Shown here: one piece after another, positions 10,401 through 18,999 of the stretch
Layout: the number at the start of each line of letters is the position of its first letter
Numbering within the stretch: position 1 is the first letter of the stretch
Assembly: GCA_051531975.1 (NCBI GenBank)
Contig: JAOPTT010000005.1
Coordinates: 160,001 to 224,000 of the forward strand
From: Spirochaetaceae bacterium
GTDB lineage: Bacteria > Spirochaetota > Spirochaetia > DSM-2461
Length of the DNA: 64,000 nt
Direction: 5' to 3'
Notes under the pieces: generated by a model
Database searches by the model: none
Told to the model about the DNA's origin: nothing
The model's input: the letters and a program-made list of their open reading frames with translations, nothing else
Program-made: the position numbers and the translations under genes

Positions 10401-10636
10401 TCACACATTACATTGTTCCCTGTTTTTATAATTTCCACTTTATTACTTAGTTCTTTATCTTTGTTAACTTCAGCAGTTATTGCTGCTGCTACTTTTTCAC
10501 AATCCTGGGATGGATTCCCGGTACCACCACAGACTAAAATGAATTTCCTGTCTGTTTTTGCACCAATTTTCCGAGGAAGCATTTTCTCTCTATTTGTCTC
10601 TACAATTTTTTCCAGATCAATTAAACTCTTTATCAT
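7493..10636 (-). CDS. hydB: HydB/NuoF-like FMN/NADH subunit fused to a C-terminal GltD/NfnB-like FAD oxidoreductase
   Basis: NuoF core: GLRGRGGGGFPTG, NADEGDPGAFMDR, FVCGEETAL, GGPSGG, ESCGKCPPCR. GltD-like part: PCQNACP, CTHPCETKC, IIGGGPAGL, GGGSTAVD, YRRT, FAAGD. ATGA overlap with the hydC stop. Confidence 0.92.
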   Translation of the reverse strand: MIKSLIDLEKIVETNREKMLPRKIGAKTDRKFILVCGGTGNPSQDCEKVAAAITAEVNKDKELSNKVEIIKTGNNVMCELEPLVMIYPDGVLYTKIEPKNASEIVTSHLINGDTVGTLVYKDPNTNKPVMEMKDIPFFGKQQIFARDYAGLINPEEIDEYIAVGGYNGLLKAITSMKPEDVVTSVIDSGLRGRGGGGFPTGLKWQITAKSKSDNGKKYVVCNADEGDPGAFMDRSQLEDLPHTILEGMALAAFAIGAERGYIYCRAEYPLAIDRLDLAIKQARSYGLLGGNICNTNFNFDIEIRMGAGAFVCGEETALINSIQGKRGEPWPKPPFPAQKGVWDCPTLVNNVETFGNIPHIIRLGADKLNTIGTEKSKGTKIFALAGAVKNVGLIEVPMGITLGEIIFDIGGGVIDAKDFKAAQIGGPSGGCLPKNKLNVSIDYESLKQAGAMMGSGGLIVMSEDTCMVDLAKFFMEFIQDESCGKCPPCRIGTKQMLDILNRISNGQGKEGDIEELISLGEDIKITAICGLGQTAPNPVLSTIKNFREEYEAHIRDKKCPAGVCTELVYAPCQNACPAGVNVPAFVALTSEKRYEEALISHLDRNPFPIACGLTCTHPCETKCRRDTLDAPLAIREVKRFMTEKGGKQGVYPMPPIMTRTASQIKNIAIIGGGPAGLTAAFFLKRLGHNVTIYEGQEKLGGMMMYGIPEYRYPKALLNNEINNIIEMGVDCKLSTLVGKDITMDQIKEEHDAVVITVGGWESKKLNMSGEEAEGIIGGTDFLWMVAHNDLKKVEGNIVIIGGGSTAVDVARTALRLGAKKITLAYRRTIDEMPAEEEEISELIEEGINPVELTDIDEIIVSDGKVKAIRCRKQSLGGFDSSGRKSPSPLDGEESIVEYECDYLIPAISQVIDFSFAEGLQKNRNGSIKVDKDTFQTSDPKVFAAGDVLGLANLAVAIGQGEKVGVSIEKYLNPGIIKNFSWQKTISPDVYFNSDVDPVESDRVEVEYSAAEDRIKNFLLVNRGVNWEDKILDEVKRCLRCDYRECEV

Positions 10637-11175
10637 ACACATGATACGGCCTCACTTTCACTGTAGGATTTTAATATTTGTTTTAATTTATTTGATTTAA
10701 CTCTTCGATGGGTATCATTATTTACCATTACTACAGGAGCAAGGGCACAAGCACCAACACATCTGACAATTTCCAGAGAGTACATACCATCGTCAGTAGT
10801 TTCACCGATATTAATGTCTAAATCATTTTGGAGCTTTTCAAGTAGGACTTTTCCACCACGAACAAAACAAGCTGTTCCCAGACATACTTTAACTGAATAT
10901 TTTCCTTTGGGAAAACGATTAAAAAAGGAGTAAAATGATGCTACCCCGGCAACTTTGATTACAGATGAATCTAGCTTCTTTGCTACGTATTTAATAACTT
11001 CTTTTGGAAGATAGCCAAAAATACTTTGTGCAATATAAAGTGCATTTATCATGTTGCCTTCCTGATCCTCATAGAGTTTCAGAATTTCATCAAGACGAGC
11101 ATACTTTTCTACCTCTGTTAATTCCTCACATTTACATCCCTCGGTCGCAACCTTTAATGGGTTTAATAGCGACAT
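10633..11175 (-). CDS. hydC: HydC/NuoE-like 2Fe-2S subunit
   Basis: VASFYSFF, VCLGTACFVRG and RCVGACALAP (four Cys); GGAGG RBS. Confidence 0.94.
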   Translation of the reverse strand: MSLLNPLKVATEGCKCEELTEVEKYARLDEILKLYEDQEGNMINALYIAQSIFGYLPKEVIKYVAKKLDSSVIKVAGVASFYSFFNRFPKGKYSVKVCLGTACFVRGGKVLLEKLQNDLDINIGETTDDGMYSLEIVRCVGACALAPVVMVNNDTHRRVKSNKLKQILKSYSESEAVSCV

Positions 11176-11351
11176 ATATTTACCTCCTATATAAATTAAA
11201 ACTTAATAATAGTTCTCTTAATTCAAGATTCTATAAATTAAATATTTCATAATAGATAAATTAATATTCATGTTATTTTTATATTAGTGCCCACCTGAAT
11301 AGGACACAAGCATTTTTTTTTAAATAAAATTTAATAACTCGAATTAATGAT

Positions 11352-11389
11352 ACTAGGCCACAATATTTGATTAAATAGTGTGGGCTAGT
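11352..11389. repeat. Palindromic repeat / terminator, copy 1
   Basis: Core CCACAATATTTGATTAAATAGTGTGGG (11358-11384) is 25/27 identical to 62996-63022. Confidence 0.7.
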
Positions 11390-11399
11390 TCATAATATG

Positions 11400-12545
11400 C
11401 TATTTTCTAATGCCCTCAGTTATCTCTTTTAAAATATCCAGGTATCTTGTTCCATAGTCTTCATATTTATAACCAGCCCCGTAATCCAGTCCACTTTCTG
11501 AAACATCTTTAGTTGTCTCTGGCTGTGTACCAGCAGTAGGTTCTATTTGTGAATCTTCATGCCATTCGTTAAATGATGTAATTAACATAATATTTCCACA
11601 ATTTTCATCTAGGTTAGGGAATGCTGCATCTTGTATCATCGCTTTAAAAACATCTCCATAACTAGAGCCTGACTCTTTATTAAAATATCTTGGAGCAGGG
11701 TGGTGGTTCGCTTCCATACGTACACCAGTATCAACATAACCAGGTGCAACTGAAGGTATAAAATGATAGCCATATTTTTTTGCCTTTTTCTTAGCGGCTG
11801 CATAAATTCTATTTAACTTTTTTATCTCTTTTTTAGTAGCACCATTTTTACCACCACCAACTGATTGTCCATATACATCGTAATTATTTACAGCATCGAG
11901 GTATCCACTTTTTGCAGCATTAATAAATACAAATAGGTCGTCACCAATAATATAGAGTTCAGGAAATTGCTCTTTTAATAACCGTAACTGATCGGCTCTA
12001 TCACCTTTAAAATACTCTCTAGTAAGGTACATGTATACAACCGGCTTACCATCAATTCTAAGATAGTTCGCATCACTAAAATAGTTATCTTTCAAATACT
12101 GCATATCTGTAAATAGGTTTGTATAATCAGGATTTTCAAAACTACCTAATCGACCTGCTGACTCGTATAGTATGGCATAATCTAACTTGTGTGCATTAGG
12201 ATGTGTCATTATATGGTCTTTTAAAGCCTTATCCTCTCCTCCGTTTGGTCCCCACCAGCTGGAAATCCAGAAATCAATTCCACTTTGCACACTCCACTCT
12301 ATATGTTGACTAATTACTTCAGGATCCATTGAGTCGTACTCTCCAAGTGCTGGGAGTTGCTGGGGATCAAGGTAAGTCCGAAATGTGTGGTCTATTGCTG
12401 TATGTGCTCCTCTTTCAACTCCGTACCATGGGTAGTAAAAAGCTCCAACTTTTAATTCTGTTATCTCTTTGCTACTCTTTTCTGTAATACAAGATAAGAA
12501 AAAAGGAATCATTATTGTTAAAATTGTAATACGTAGTAATTTCAT
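11400..12545 (-). CDS. GH99/GH71-like glycoside hydrolase, predicted lipoprotein
   Basis: Lipobox FFLSC; AFYYPWY, GEYDS, SWWG and ITSFNEWHEDSQIEP. ATG at 12545 follows GGAG. Confidence 0.8.
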   Translation of the reverse strand: MKLLRITILTIMIPFFLSCITEKSSKEITELKVGAFYYPWYGVERGAHTAIDHTFRTYLDPQQLPALGEYDSMDPEVISQHIEWSVQSGIDFWISSWWGPNGGEDKALKDHIMTHPNAHKLDYAILYESAGRLGSFENPDYTNLFTDMQYLKDNYFSDANYLRIDGKPVVYMYLTREYFKGDRADQLRLLKEQFPELYIIGDDLFVFINAAKSGYLDAVNNYDVYGQSVGGGKNGATKKEIKKLNRIYAAAKKKAKKYGYHFIPSVAPGYVDTGVRMEANHHPAPRYFNKESGSSYGDVFKAMIQDAAFPNLDENCGNIMLITSFNEWHEDSQIEPTAGTQPETTKDVSESGLDYGAGYKYEDYGTRYLDILKEITEGIRK

Positions 12546-12567
12546 GTTAAATCTCCATTTAAATTTA

Positions 12568-12577
12568 TGATATATCA
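12568..12577. promoter_or_regulatory. TGATATATCA palindromic operator candidate
   Basis: The same 10-mer lies upstream of three co-oriented genes (12568, 15804, 17528). Confidence 0.6.
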
Positions 12578-12689
12578 AATTATTTTATTCTATATATTGT
12601 GAACCAAAGAGATAGACCCTATCCTCAAAAACATGGGATTTTCCATCGGGATGTACTCATTTGATGGAAGAAAAGGTTTTAATCTCTCT

Positions 12690-14279
12690 CTATTTATGTA
12701 TTACGTTCTCTGATACTAATCTTACTAGCTCATCTGGTGTTACAACTTTTACATTGGAATCTAGACCATCTATAACATTTTGGATGTTGTCCAGACCGTT
12801 ACTCCAGGCGTGAACTAAAACAAGGGAGTAACCTTTGCCACTAGTTGGATCTTTATCATTTTTGTTAAGACTCTTAATTACAGACTCTTCGTTACAACCT
12901 CTTAAACCTTCCCACAACATCTCCCGGGGTGTAATTATCGGTTTATTATTGGACCAACGTATTTTACCTTTATGATATTTATGATTACTGTATTCCAGAT
13001 AGAATAGTGCATCAATATTCTCTTGTTTTGTATAGGTATCCCATATGCTATTTTTTTTAAATGATCCAAAATCAATGATTTCAACAACTCCTAAATCAGC
13101 CTGTCCCATTCTTTTATTAAGTCTCTCTGTATGGATAGATAGCGCCTCGGGACTGTAGTCACTTGGGTAGAGGTATCCACTACCGGAAGGTCCAACAACA
13201 AAATGATCCATTGAAGCTTCCTCGTAATACCGGTTAAGAATAGTTGGAGCAACGTCGAGCATTATTGGGGATGTAGCCCAACCCATTGGAATAGAAGCTC
13301 TTTTATCATTTCCCCACCATTTGGAATCGGAATATAAATCACCAAGCATCCATTGGATATTATCCCCATCACTCATTAAAAAAGAGACATAATGAACATC
13401 TTCTTCTACAATAGTTGTAACATTGTCCTTCTGCTTCATCTCTACAGCATCAAAGCCACTAAATACAGAGAGATTTCTAGTATGATCTGCCGGTATAGTA
13501 TAGAGATCACTTTTAGAGCTCATTCCAACAAATTTTTCTTCACCACCTTTAGCTCCCCAACCAAAAACTGGGACATCCTGATTAGTCCACATAGCCACCT
13601 CTTTTCTAAAAGAGGAGTTACCATCAAAGAATATATAAGCACCTGTAGCAACTGCAAAATCTCTTAATGCTGGAATAAGAACCTCTTTCTGTTCAAAGAC
13701 TATATCTCTGGAAAGTTGATTTTTATAGTTTTCAAAGACCCATTTATCATCTTTTCCTCGGACATCCTGAACCATAGTGAATCCGGCATCTTTTATTTTT
13801 TGTTCCAGTGATTCATCCACAGCTGGAGCCTTTAAGAGGGATACGAGACTGTTGGCAACATTAATAGACTGATCATTTAAAGACTGATTATCATGAGTCA
13901 ATTCTCCTACAGAGCAGAGGATGTATCCATCAATATACTGCTTAAATATTTCTAATACAGACCAAGGATCACTAATTTCCACTAACTTAACCCCTTTTGC
14001 AGCTAGATCCTCCAACCATACATCGTATCCTCCATAGTGAGGATGTAAATATATCTGGGTTGTTGAAAAGTTAGAAACTAATCCTTGTAAAGTACTAAAC
14101 AGCAGTTTCTCTTCAGTAGATAGTGTATTTGCATTTATAACAAGAAGCTTTTCTGCTTTTAAAATTCTATTGGTTACATCAGATAACTCAGCAGCTCTGT
14201 CTGCTGAATCTTTTGTTGTATATGATTTACAGCCCAATAAAGCTAACATTATAATAGCAATGTTCAATATATTTTTCAT
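12690..14279 (-). CDS. GxGYxYP-domain putative glycoside hydrolase, lipoprotein
   Basis: Lipobox LLGC; SDGDNIQW, GPSGSGYLYPS and VHAWS motifs. Confidence 0.85.
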   Translation of the reverse strand: MKNILNIAIIMLALLGCKSYTTKDSADRAAELSDVTNRILKAEKLLVINANTLSTEEKLLFSTLQGLVSNFSTTQIYLHPHYGGYDVWLEDLAAKGVKLVEISDPWSVLEIFKQYIDGYILCSVGELTHDNQSLNDQSINVANSLVSLLKAPAVDESLEQKIKDAGFTMVQDVRGKDDKWVFENYKNQLSRDIVFEQKEVLIPALRDFAVATGAYIFFDGNSSFRKEVAMWTNQDVPVFGWGAKGGEEKFVGMSSKSDLYTIPADHTRNLSVFSGFDAVEMKQKDNVTTIVEEDVHYVSFLMSDGDNIQWMLGDLYSDSKWWGNDKRASIPMGWATSPIMLDVAPTILNRYYEEASMDHFVVGPSGSGYLYPSDYSPEALSIHTERLNKRMGQADLGVVEIIDFGSFKKNSIWDTYTKQENIDALFYLEYSNHKYHKGKIRWSNNKPIITPREMLWEGLRGCNEESVIKSLNKNDKDPTSGKGYSLVLVHAWSNGLDNIQNVIDGLDSNVKVVTPDELVRLVSENVIHK

Positions 14280-14310
14280 GAGGTTTTCCTAAATGTATAT
14301 GATTAATTAG

Positions 14311-14343
14311 ATCTTTTAGCAGAGATGCGCTCTACTAAAAGAT
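14311..14343 (-). terminator. Intergenic hairpin (terminator or mRNA stabiliser)
   Basis: 14-bp stem ATCTTTTAGTAGAG/CTCTGCTAAAAGAT on the minus strand with one G-U pair. Confidence 0.55.
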
Positions 14344-14362
14344 AGTGATTATATTTCTTTAT

Positions 14363-15733
14363 TTAAATATGCGCAGCATGTTTTTCATTAATGCCTTTCT
14401 GAATCTCTCTTTCACGTTTAAGACCTAGGGGAACACATGCCAATAATATAATACCTACAGTAAGTATAGCAGCTGGAACAAACCCTGTTCCAATCCGAAT
14501 AGCTTGTACAACCTCAGGCGCCTGAACTTTAACAGTGCCGTCATAACCTGTAGCTGATAATAACGTACTTAAAATTAAAGGTTGAAAACTTGCCGCTGGA
14601 ATCATTACAACAGCCATAATACCTCTAACAACACCTGGTTGTCTTTTTCCTGTCTTTAACTCTATGTGGTCTATTACTAAACCAGCAAGAGGTTCATTTA
14701 TTGCAGATGGGAAAGCAAAACCTAATAGAATTACAATATAAGCAGCTGCTGCTACCCAGTAATTTATTTGAAAACCTAGGATTGCAAATCCTATAACAGA
14801 GATAATTAATCCTTTCCAAAGAGTTCTTAGAGCTCCATTCTTTCTAACAGCCAGTACTACTAATGGTAAAATTGCCATTTGAGCAAAACCGGTAATAAGA
14901 TCCGGAATAGTTGCTTTTAAACCTGATACAAGGACTACATTATCCATATAGTATATATATCCTGCAAAGTAGTTTCCTGTCGCTGCCTGAATGAATAAAA
15001 ATGCTGTGATAAATAGCAGGAATGTTCTATCAGTAAAAAGTTCTTTTCCAAGTCTAAACAGTTGTTTTAGACCTCTTGTTACTTCCAGTTTTTCATAAAA
15101 CTTAGGATCTTCCTTAACAAATTTAGAACCAAACCATACAAGAGCAAGACCTAAGAGAATAGATACTGAAAAAATTGCAACAAGTGTTCCTTGAGAATAA
15201 TCTCCAGTTAAGAACCATATTGGGATCATACCACCTAAGAAAGTAGGGATCATCTTAACATAACTACCAATAACCTGAACTTCTGTCCTGTCATCCATTG
15301 ATATAAAAGTATTAACAGTAAATGCCATAAAACTAACGTTTAGTAGTGTTTGAGCTCCTTCATAAATTACCAATAAAACAAGTAGTGATACCGCTATTAG
15401 CATTTGACTCCAACTAGGAGGTGATAACAATATTAATATCATAGGTATACCAATTACAGGAATTGAATAACGTATTAGCGGTTTATATTTACCTATACCC
15501 TTCCTGAATGGTTGTTTATCAGCCCAATAACCAATAACAGGATCGTTTACACCATTCCAAATACTAAAAATAAGAAAAACTAAACCGTACATAGCAGGGC
15601 TTAATCCAACAACATCAGTAAAGTATTTCATAAGTGAACTATTAACTATAATAGAAATCCATACTCCACCACCTCCTACAAGATTTAAGAGAATCATTTT
15701 TGGTATAGTATAATACCCCTTTTTTTTACCCAT
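14363..15733 (-). CDS. MFS glycoside-pentoside-hexuronide (GPH) sugar:cation symporter
   Basis: About 12 TM segments; WNGVNDPVIGYWAD, DHIELKTGKRQPG and TGYDG motifs. Confidence 0.88.
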   Translation of the reverse strand: MGKKKGYYTIPKMILLNLVGGGGVWISIIVNSSLMKYFTDVVGLSPAMYGLVFLIFSIWNGVNDPVIGYWADKQPFRKGIGKYKPLIRYSIPVIGIPMILILLSPPSWSQMLIAVSLLVLLVIYEGAQTLLNVSFMAFTVNTFISMDDRTEVQVIGSYVKMIPTFLGGMIPIWFLTGDYSQGTLVAIFSVSILLGLALVWFGSKFVKEDPKFYEKLEVTRGLKQLFRLGKELFTDRTFLLFITAFLFIQAATGNYFAGYIYYMDNVVLVSGLKATIPDLITGFAQMAILPLVVLAVRKNGALRTLWKGLIISVIGFAILGFQINYWVAAAAYIVILLGFAFPSAINEPLAGLVIDHIELKTGKRQPGVVRGIMAVVMIPAASFQPLILSTLLSATGYDGTVKVQAPEVVQAIRIGTGFVPAAILTVGIILLACVPLGLKREREIQKGINEKHAAHI

Positions 15734-15803
15734 CTATTCCTCCGATGTTATATAATCATTCAATATTATTTTCATTGTAAAATCTTTAATAAAAAACATT
15801 CAA

Positions 15804-15868
15804 TGATATATCATATGTTTGATTATTATTATTTGATATAACATTAACATGAATAACTTAGATGTCAA
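15804..15868 (-). promoter_or_regulatory. Sigma70-type promoter with two TGWTATATCA operators
   Basis: Minus-strand TTGACA at 15863-15868; TGATATATCA at 15804-15813 and TGATATAACA at 15834-15843. Confidence 0.6.
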
Positions 15869-15924
15869 GATAAAGATATTATAAACTTTGAAGTAGGAGA
15901 GAGTAATACATAGTATTGCTCTTT

Positions 15925-17433
15925 TTAATACTGCTCACTTTTTAGTACCATGAGGTTATAATCCCAAGCCTGTTTATATTTCTGGAACCTGAAACTTTTG
16001 ACATCAGATGGTTTATAACTTCTGTTTGATCTGGAAAAAGCTTCCCACCAGAACTTACCCCAATGAGTCTTAGTCTCGTCCCACTCATCTCGGTTTTTAA
16101 CCATTTTATCCCTTAGAGTTTTAATTACGTCCCTATATTCTGGATTAGAAGCTAGGTTTTTAATCTCTAGAGGATCATTTTGAAGATCAAAGAGTTGGGT
16201 TTTTAAATGTTTACCCCTAAGAACATACTCTATTAGTTTGTACTGTTTAGTTTTAACTCCACGTTGGTATCTACTATATACTAGATATAGATCGTCTCTC
16301 ACCGACTCTTTTTTTCCATAGATTAGAGGCATCAGACTCTTTCCATCCACAGTTTCCGGGGTGGACAGTCCTGAATAATCACACAGTGTAGGATAAATAT
16401 CATAGAGATAAACCATTGAATCCAATTGTACATTCTCTGGAATTCCAGGACCGGAAAATATAAGAGGAACCCGGACACTATGTTCATGACAACTCTGTTT
16501 TCCCATTAAACCATGTTGTCCCAGTGCTAAACCATTATCCCCAGCAAGAACTATAATTGTACTCTCTAGAAGGTTTTGGTTCTGGAGCTCATCTAATACA
16601 CGACCTATCTCATAATCTAAATGACTTATCATTCCATAATATTCAGCTATATGTTCTTTTACTTCATCTGGTTTCCTCGGGTATGATGCCAGTTTTTCAT
16701 CCCTATTTCCAAGCCCACCATTATTAAACGGATATTTTTTAAGAAAGTTTTTTGGTAACTCTATGGTATTAGGATCATACATTTTTTTAAAATTATCAGG
16801 CATAGTTCTTGGATCGTGGGGAGCTAAAAATGATAGATACATAAAAAATGGATTTGATTCATCACGCTCTTTCAAATAATCTATTCCTGCCTGGGCAATT
16901 ATTTCACTGGAGTGACGGCCTTTGTAGCAGTAATCATACTTATGTGTTTTTGTTTTATTCGTTTTAAAAGGATTAGTAATATAACGACCATTACCCTGGT
17001 ATTTACCAGTTGAATCATAATCATACATTGGTACATTCCAATGATCTGCCATACCTCCAAAAAAGATATGTGAGCCTCTGTTATGGTTACGATTAAAGGA
17101 TTTTTTCCCATTATGCCATTTTCCACTACCAAATGAGTCATAACCTGAACTTTGTAATTTTTCACCTAGTGTAGTCTGATCTTCAGCTATGGATTCACCA
17201 GCGTCTTTAATTCTGAATAGAGATCGACCAGTAAATAACATTGCTCTACTTGGCATACATACTGCTCCATGAGTTCCTCCAGGAATATGAGCCTGGGTAA
17301 ACGATGTTCCTTTTTTTACAAGACGATCCATATTAGGTGTTATTATATTAGGATTTCCTAGGGCTGCAATTGTATCGAAACGTTGATCATCTGTGAAAAG
17401 AACAACAATATTAGGACGTTTTTCTGTACTCAT
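15925..17433 (-). CDS. Cys-type formylglycine sulfatase (S1 family)
   Basis: RPNIVVLFTDDQ, CMPSRAMLFTG, GKWH, PHDP, GDNG and GKQ. ATG at 17433 follows GGAG. Confidence 0.93.
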   Translation of the reverse strand: MSTEKRPNIVVLFTDDQRFDTIAALGNPNIITPNMDRLVKKGTSFTQAHIPGGTHGAVCMPSRAMLFTGRSLFRIKDAGESIAEDQTTLGEKLQSSGYDSFGSGKWHNGKKSFNRNHNRGSHIFFGGMADHWNVPMYDYDSTGKYQGNGRYITNPFKTNKTKTHKYDYCYKGRHSSEIIAQAGIDYLKERDESNPFFMYLSFLAPHDPRTMPDNFKKMYDPNTIELPKNFLKKYPFNNGGLGNRDEKLASYPRKPDEVKEHIAEYYGMISHLDYEIGRVLDELQNQNLLESTIIVLAGDNGLALGQHGLMGKQSCHEHSVRVPLIFSGPGIPENVQLDSMVYLYDIYPTLCDYSGLSTPETVDGKSLMPLIYGKKESVRDDLYLVYSRYQRGVKTKQYKLIEYVLRGKHLKTQLFDLQNDPLEIKNLASNPEYRDVIKTLRDKMVKNRDEWDETKTHWGKFWWEAFSRSNRSYKPSDVKSFRFQKYKQAWDYNLMVLKSEQY

Positions 17434-17495
17434 TTTCCACTCCAAATAAGATTGAATTTAATAATTGACAGGTAATTATTTTGTGTTGTATTAAA

Positions 17496-17537
17496 TGTTA
17501 TATCACCCATTATGGCATCTGTAAAGCTGATATATCA
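17496..17537. promoter_or_regulatory. Two TGWTATATCA operators upstream of the sulfatase
   Basis: TGTTATATCA at 17496-17505 and TGATATATCA at 17528-17537. Confidence 0.6.
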
Positions 17538-17673
17538 ATTGGAAAATTGAACTAACTATAAATTATATAATTTATACAAAACAACGATAAGACTACTTTA
17601 ATGAATAGATATTAACTAAATTATAGGAGAGGTAGTATATTAACCTTTATTTTCACACTACCTAGAATCATTT

Positions 17674-17689
17674 AGTTACGCGTGTAACT
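17674..17689. promoter_or_regulatory. LacI-type operator (distal)
   Basis: AGTTACGCGTGTAACT, a near-palindrome with central CG; 14/16 identical to 17864-17879. Confidence 0.7.
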
Positions 17690-17828
17690 GCATAGGTATA
17701 TACTAATAAAAAGAATTAGATGATATGAAATCACTTTTGTAAAGCTTTAATATCCTCAGTCTAAGTCCGTAATTCAGCCTTTAGACCGTAAAACATTCAT
17801 TATTCATAACAAAATATAAAAATATTAC

Positions 17829-17879
17829 TTGACGACTCAATATAGTGATGTTAGATTTAAGCCAGTAACGCGGGTAACT
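17829..17879 (+). promoter_or_regulatory. Sigma70 promoter with overlapping LacI-type operator
   Basis: TTGACG-17bp-TAGATT with an extended -10 TG; AGTAACGCGGGTAACT at 17864-17879 covers the expected start site. Confidence 0.72.
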
Positions 17880-17913
17880 AAGTGTTTCTGAAAAAGATTT
17901 ATTGAGGTATGCA

Positions 17914-18936
17914 ATGGCAACTAGACAAGATGTAGCAAATAAAGCTGGAGTTTCTCCTGCAACAGTCTCCCATGTAGTTAACAATACTAAATATGTAAGC
18001 CCAGAGCTGAAAGTTAAAATAGAGCGTGCCATAGAGGAATTGAACTATGTCCCAAATAAAACGGCCCGTAATCTGGCTATGAATAAAACGGAACAAGTTG
18101 GAATCCTAGTCCCTAGTTTGAGTAATCCTTATTTTGGAGCTATAGCAGAGGGGATGGAAAAGGTTGCAAGGAAAAACGGTTATATCGTTTCACTTTTTGC
18201 TCCAGAAGGACCGGATGACCAGTATATAACTACAATTATAGAGAGACAGATGGATGGGGTATTTCTTGCAAATACAGGTTTTCAATTCTCAGAGAGTCAA
18301 TTAAGGCACATGGAGAGAAGTGGAGTTTCATTTGTTACAGGTAATGAAATTGAAACTTCCGGTGATAATGGTTCAAAATTTAATAATTCAATTGTAAGTC
18401 TGGATTATGATGTGTCAATAAAAAAAATGTTTAAGTACCTAACAGATCTGGGACATAAAAAAATAGCTTTTTTGAGCGGGATGCCTGAAGATAATGGTGA
18501 TTTAAGAAAAAAGTATTACCTAGAAAATATGGAAGCTTTTGGATTGGATTTTAAGGAAAAATATATTGTTAACGGAAATTTTCCTTTTACAACTACAGCA
18601 AGAGACGGCTACAAAGATATGAAGAAATTTTTAAGTACCGGCAGTGATGTTACTGCTGTTTTTGCAATAAATGACTTAATGGCAATTGGTGCCATGAAAG
18701 CAATAAGAGAAGCCGGATTAAATGTTCCAGAGGATATCTCTATTGTAGGTTGTGATAATATTTTCCTCTCTGAGGCATCAGATCCTCCATTAACAACAAT
18801 TAATGTTCCTAAAGAAGAGATGGGGCGTAAAGCAATGGAGTTGCTTTTAAGAATGATAAACAATAAAGAAAGTAATGAAATATCCCTGGAAACAGAGCTT
18901 GTAATCAGGGAATCTACATCTTTCGCAAAAAAATAA
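17914..18936 (+). CDS. LacI-family transcriptional regulator
   Basis: TRQDVANKAGVSPATVSHVVN helix-turn-helix, hinge YVPNKTAR, and NDLMAIG...PEDISIVGCD. Confidence 0.96.
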   Translation: MATRQDVANKAGVSPATVSHVVNNTKYVSPELKVKIERAIEELNYVPNKTARNLAMNKTEQVGILVPSLSNPYFGAIAEGMEKVARKNGYIVSLFAPEGPDDQYITTIIERQMDGVFLANTGFQFSESQLRHMERSGVSFVTGNEIETSGDNGSKFNNSIVSLDYDVSIKKMFKYLTDLGHKKIAFLSGMPEDNGDLRKKYYLENMEAFGLDFKEKYIVNGNFPFTTTARDGYKDMKKFLSTGSDVTAVFAINDLMAIGAMKAIREAGLNVPEDISIVGCDNIFLSEASDPPLTTINVPKEEMGRKAMELLLRMINNKESNEISLETELVIRESTSFAKK

Positions 18937-18999
18937 TTATTTTTACTCGATGTGTGAGGCCTCTTCATCGGGAATGTTATATAAAAATTAGGAGATACA

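Noticed and set aside
7953..10700. Plus-strand ORFs within hydB, and other short antisense ORFs in the track
   Set aside because: They are shadow frames of well-supported genes with no recognisable motifs.
11176..11340. Rex operator upstream of the hydrogenase operon
   Set aside because: Only weak partial matches to TTGTGAA-N4-TTCACAA in extremely AT-rich DNA.
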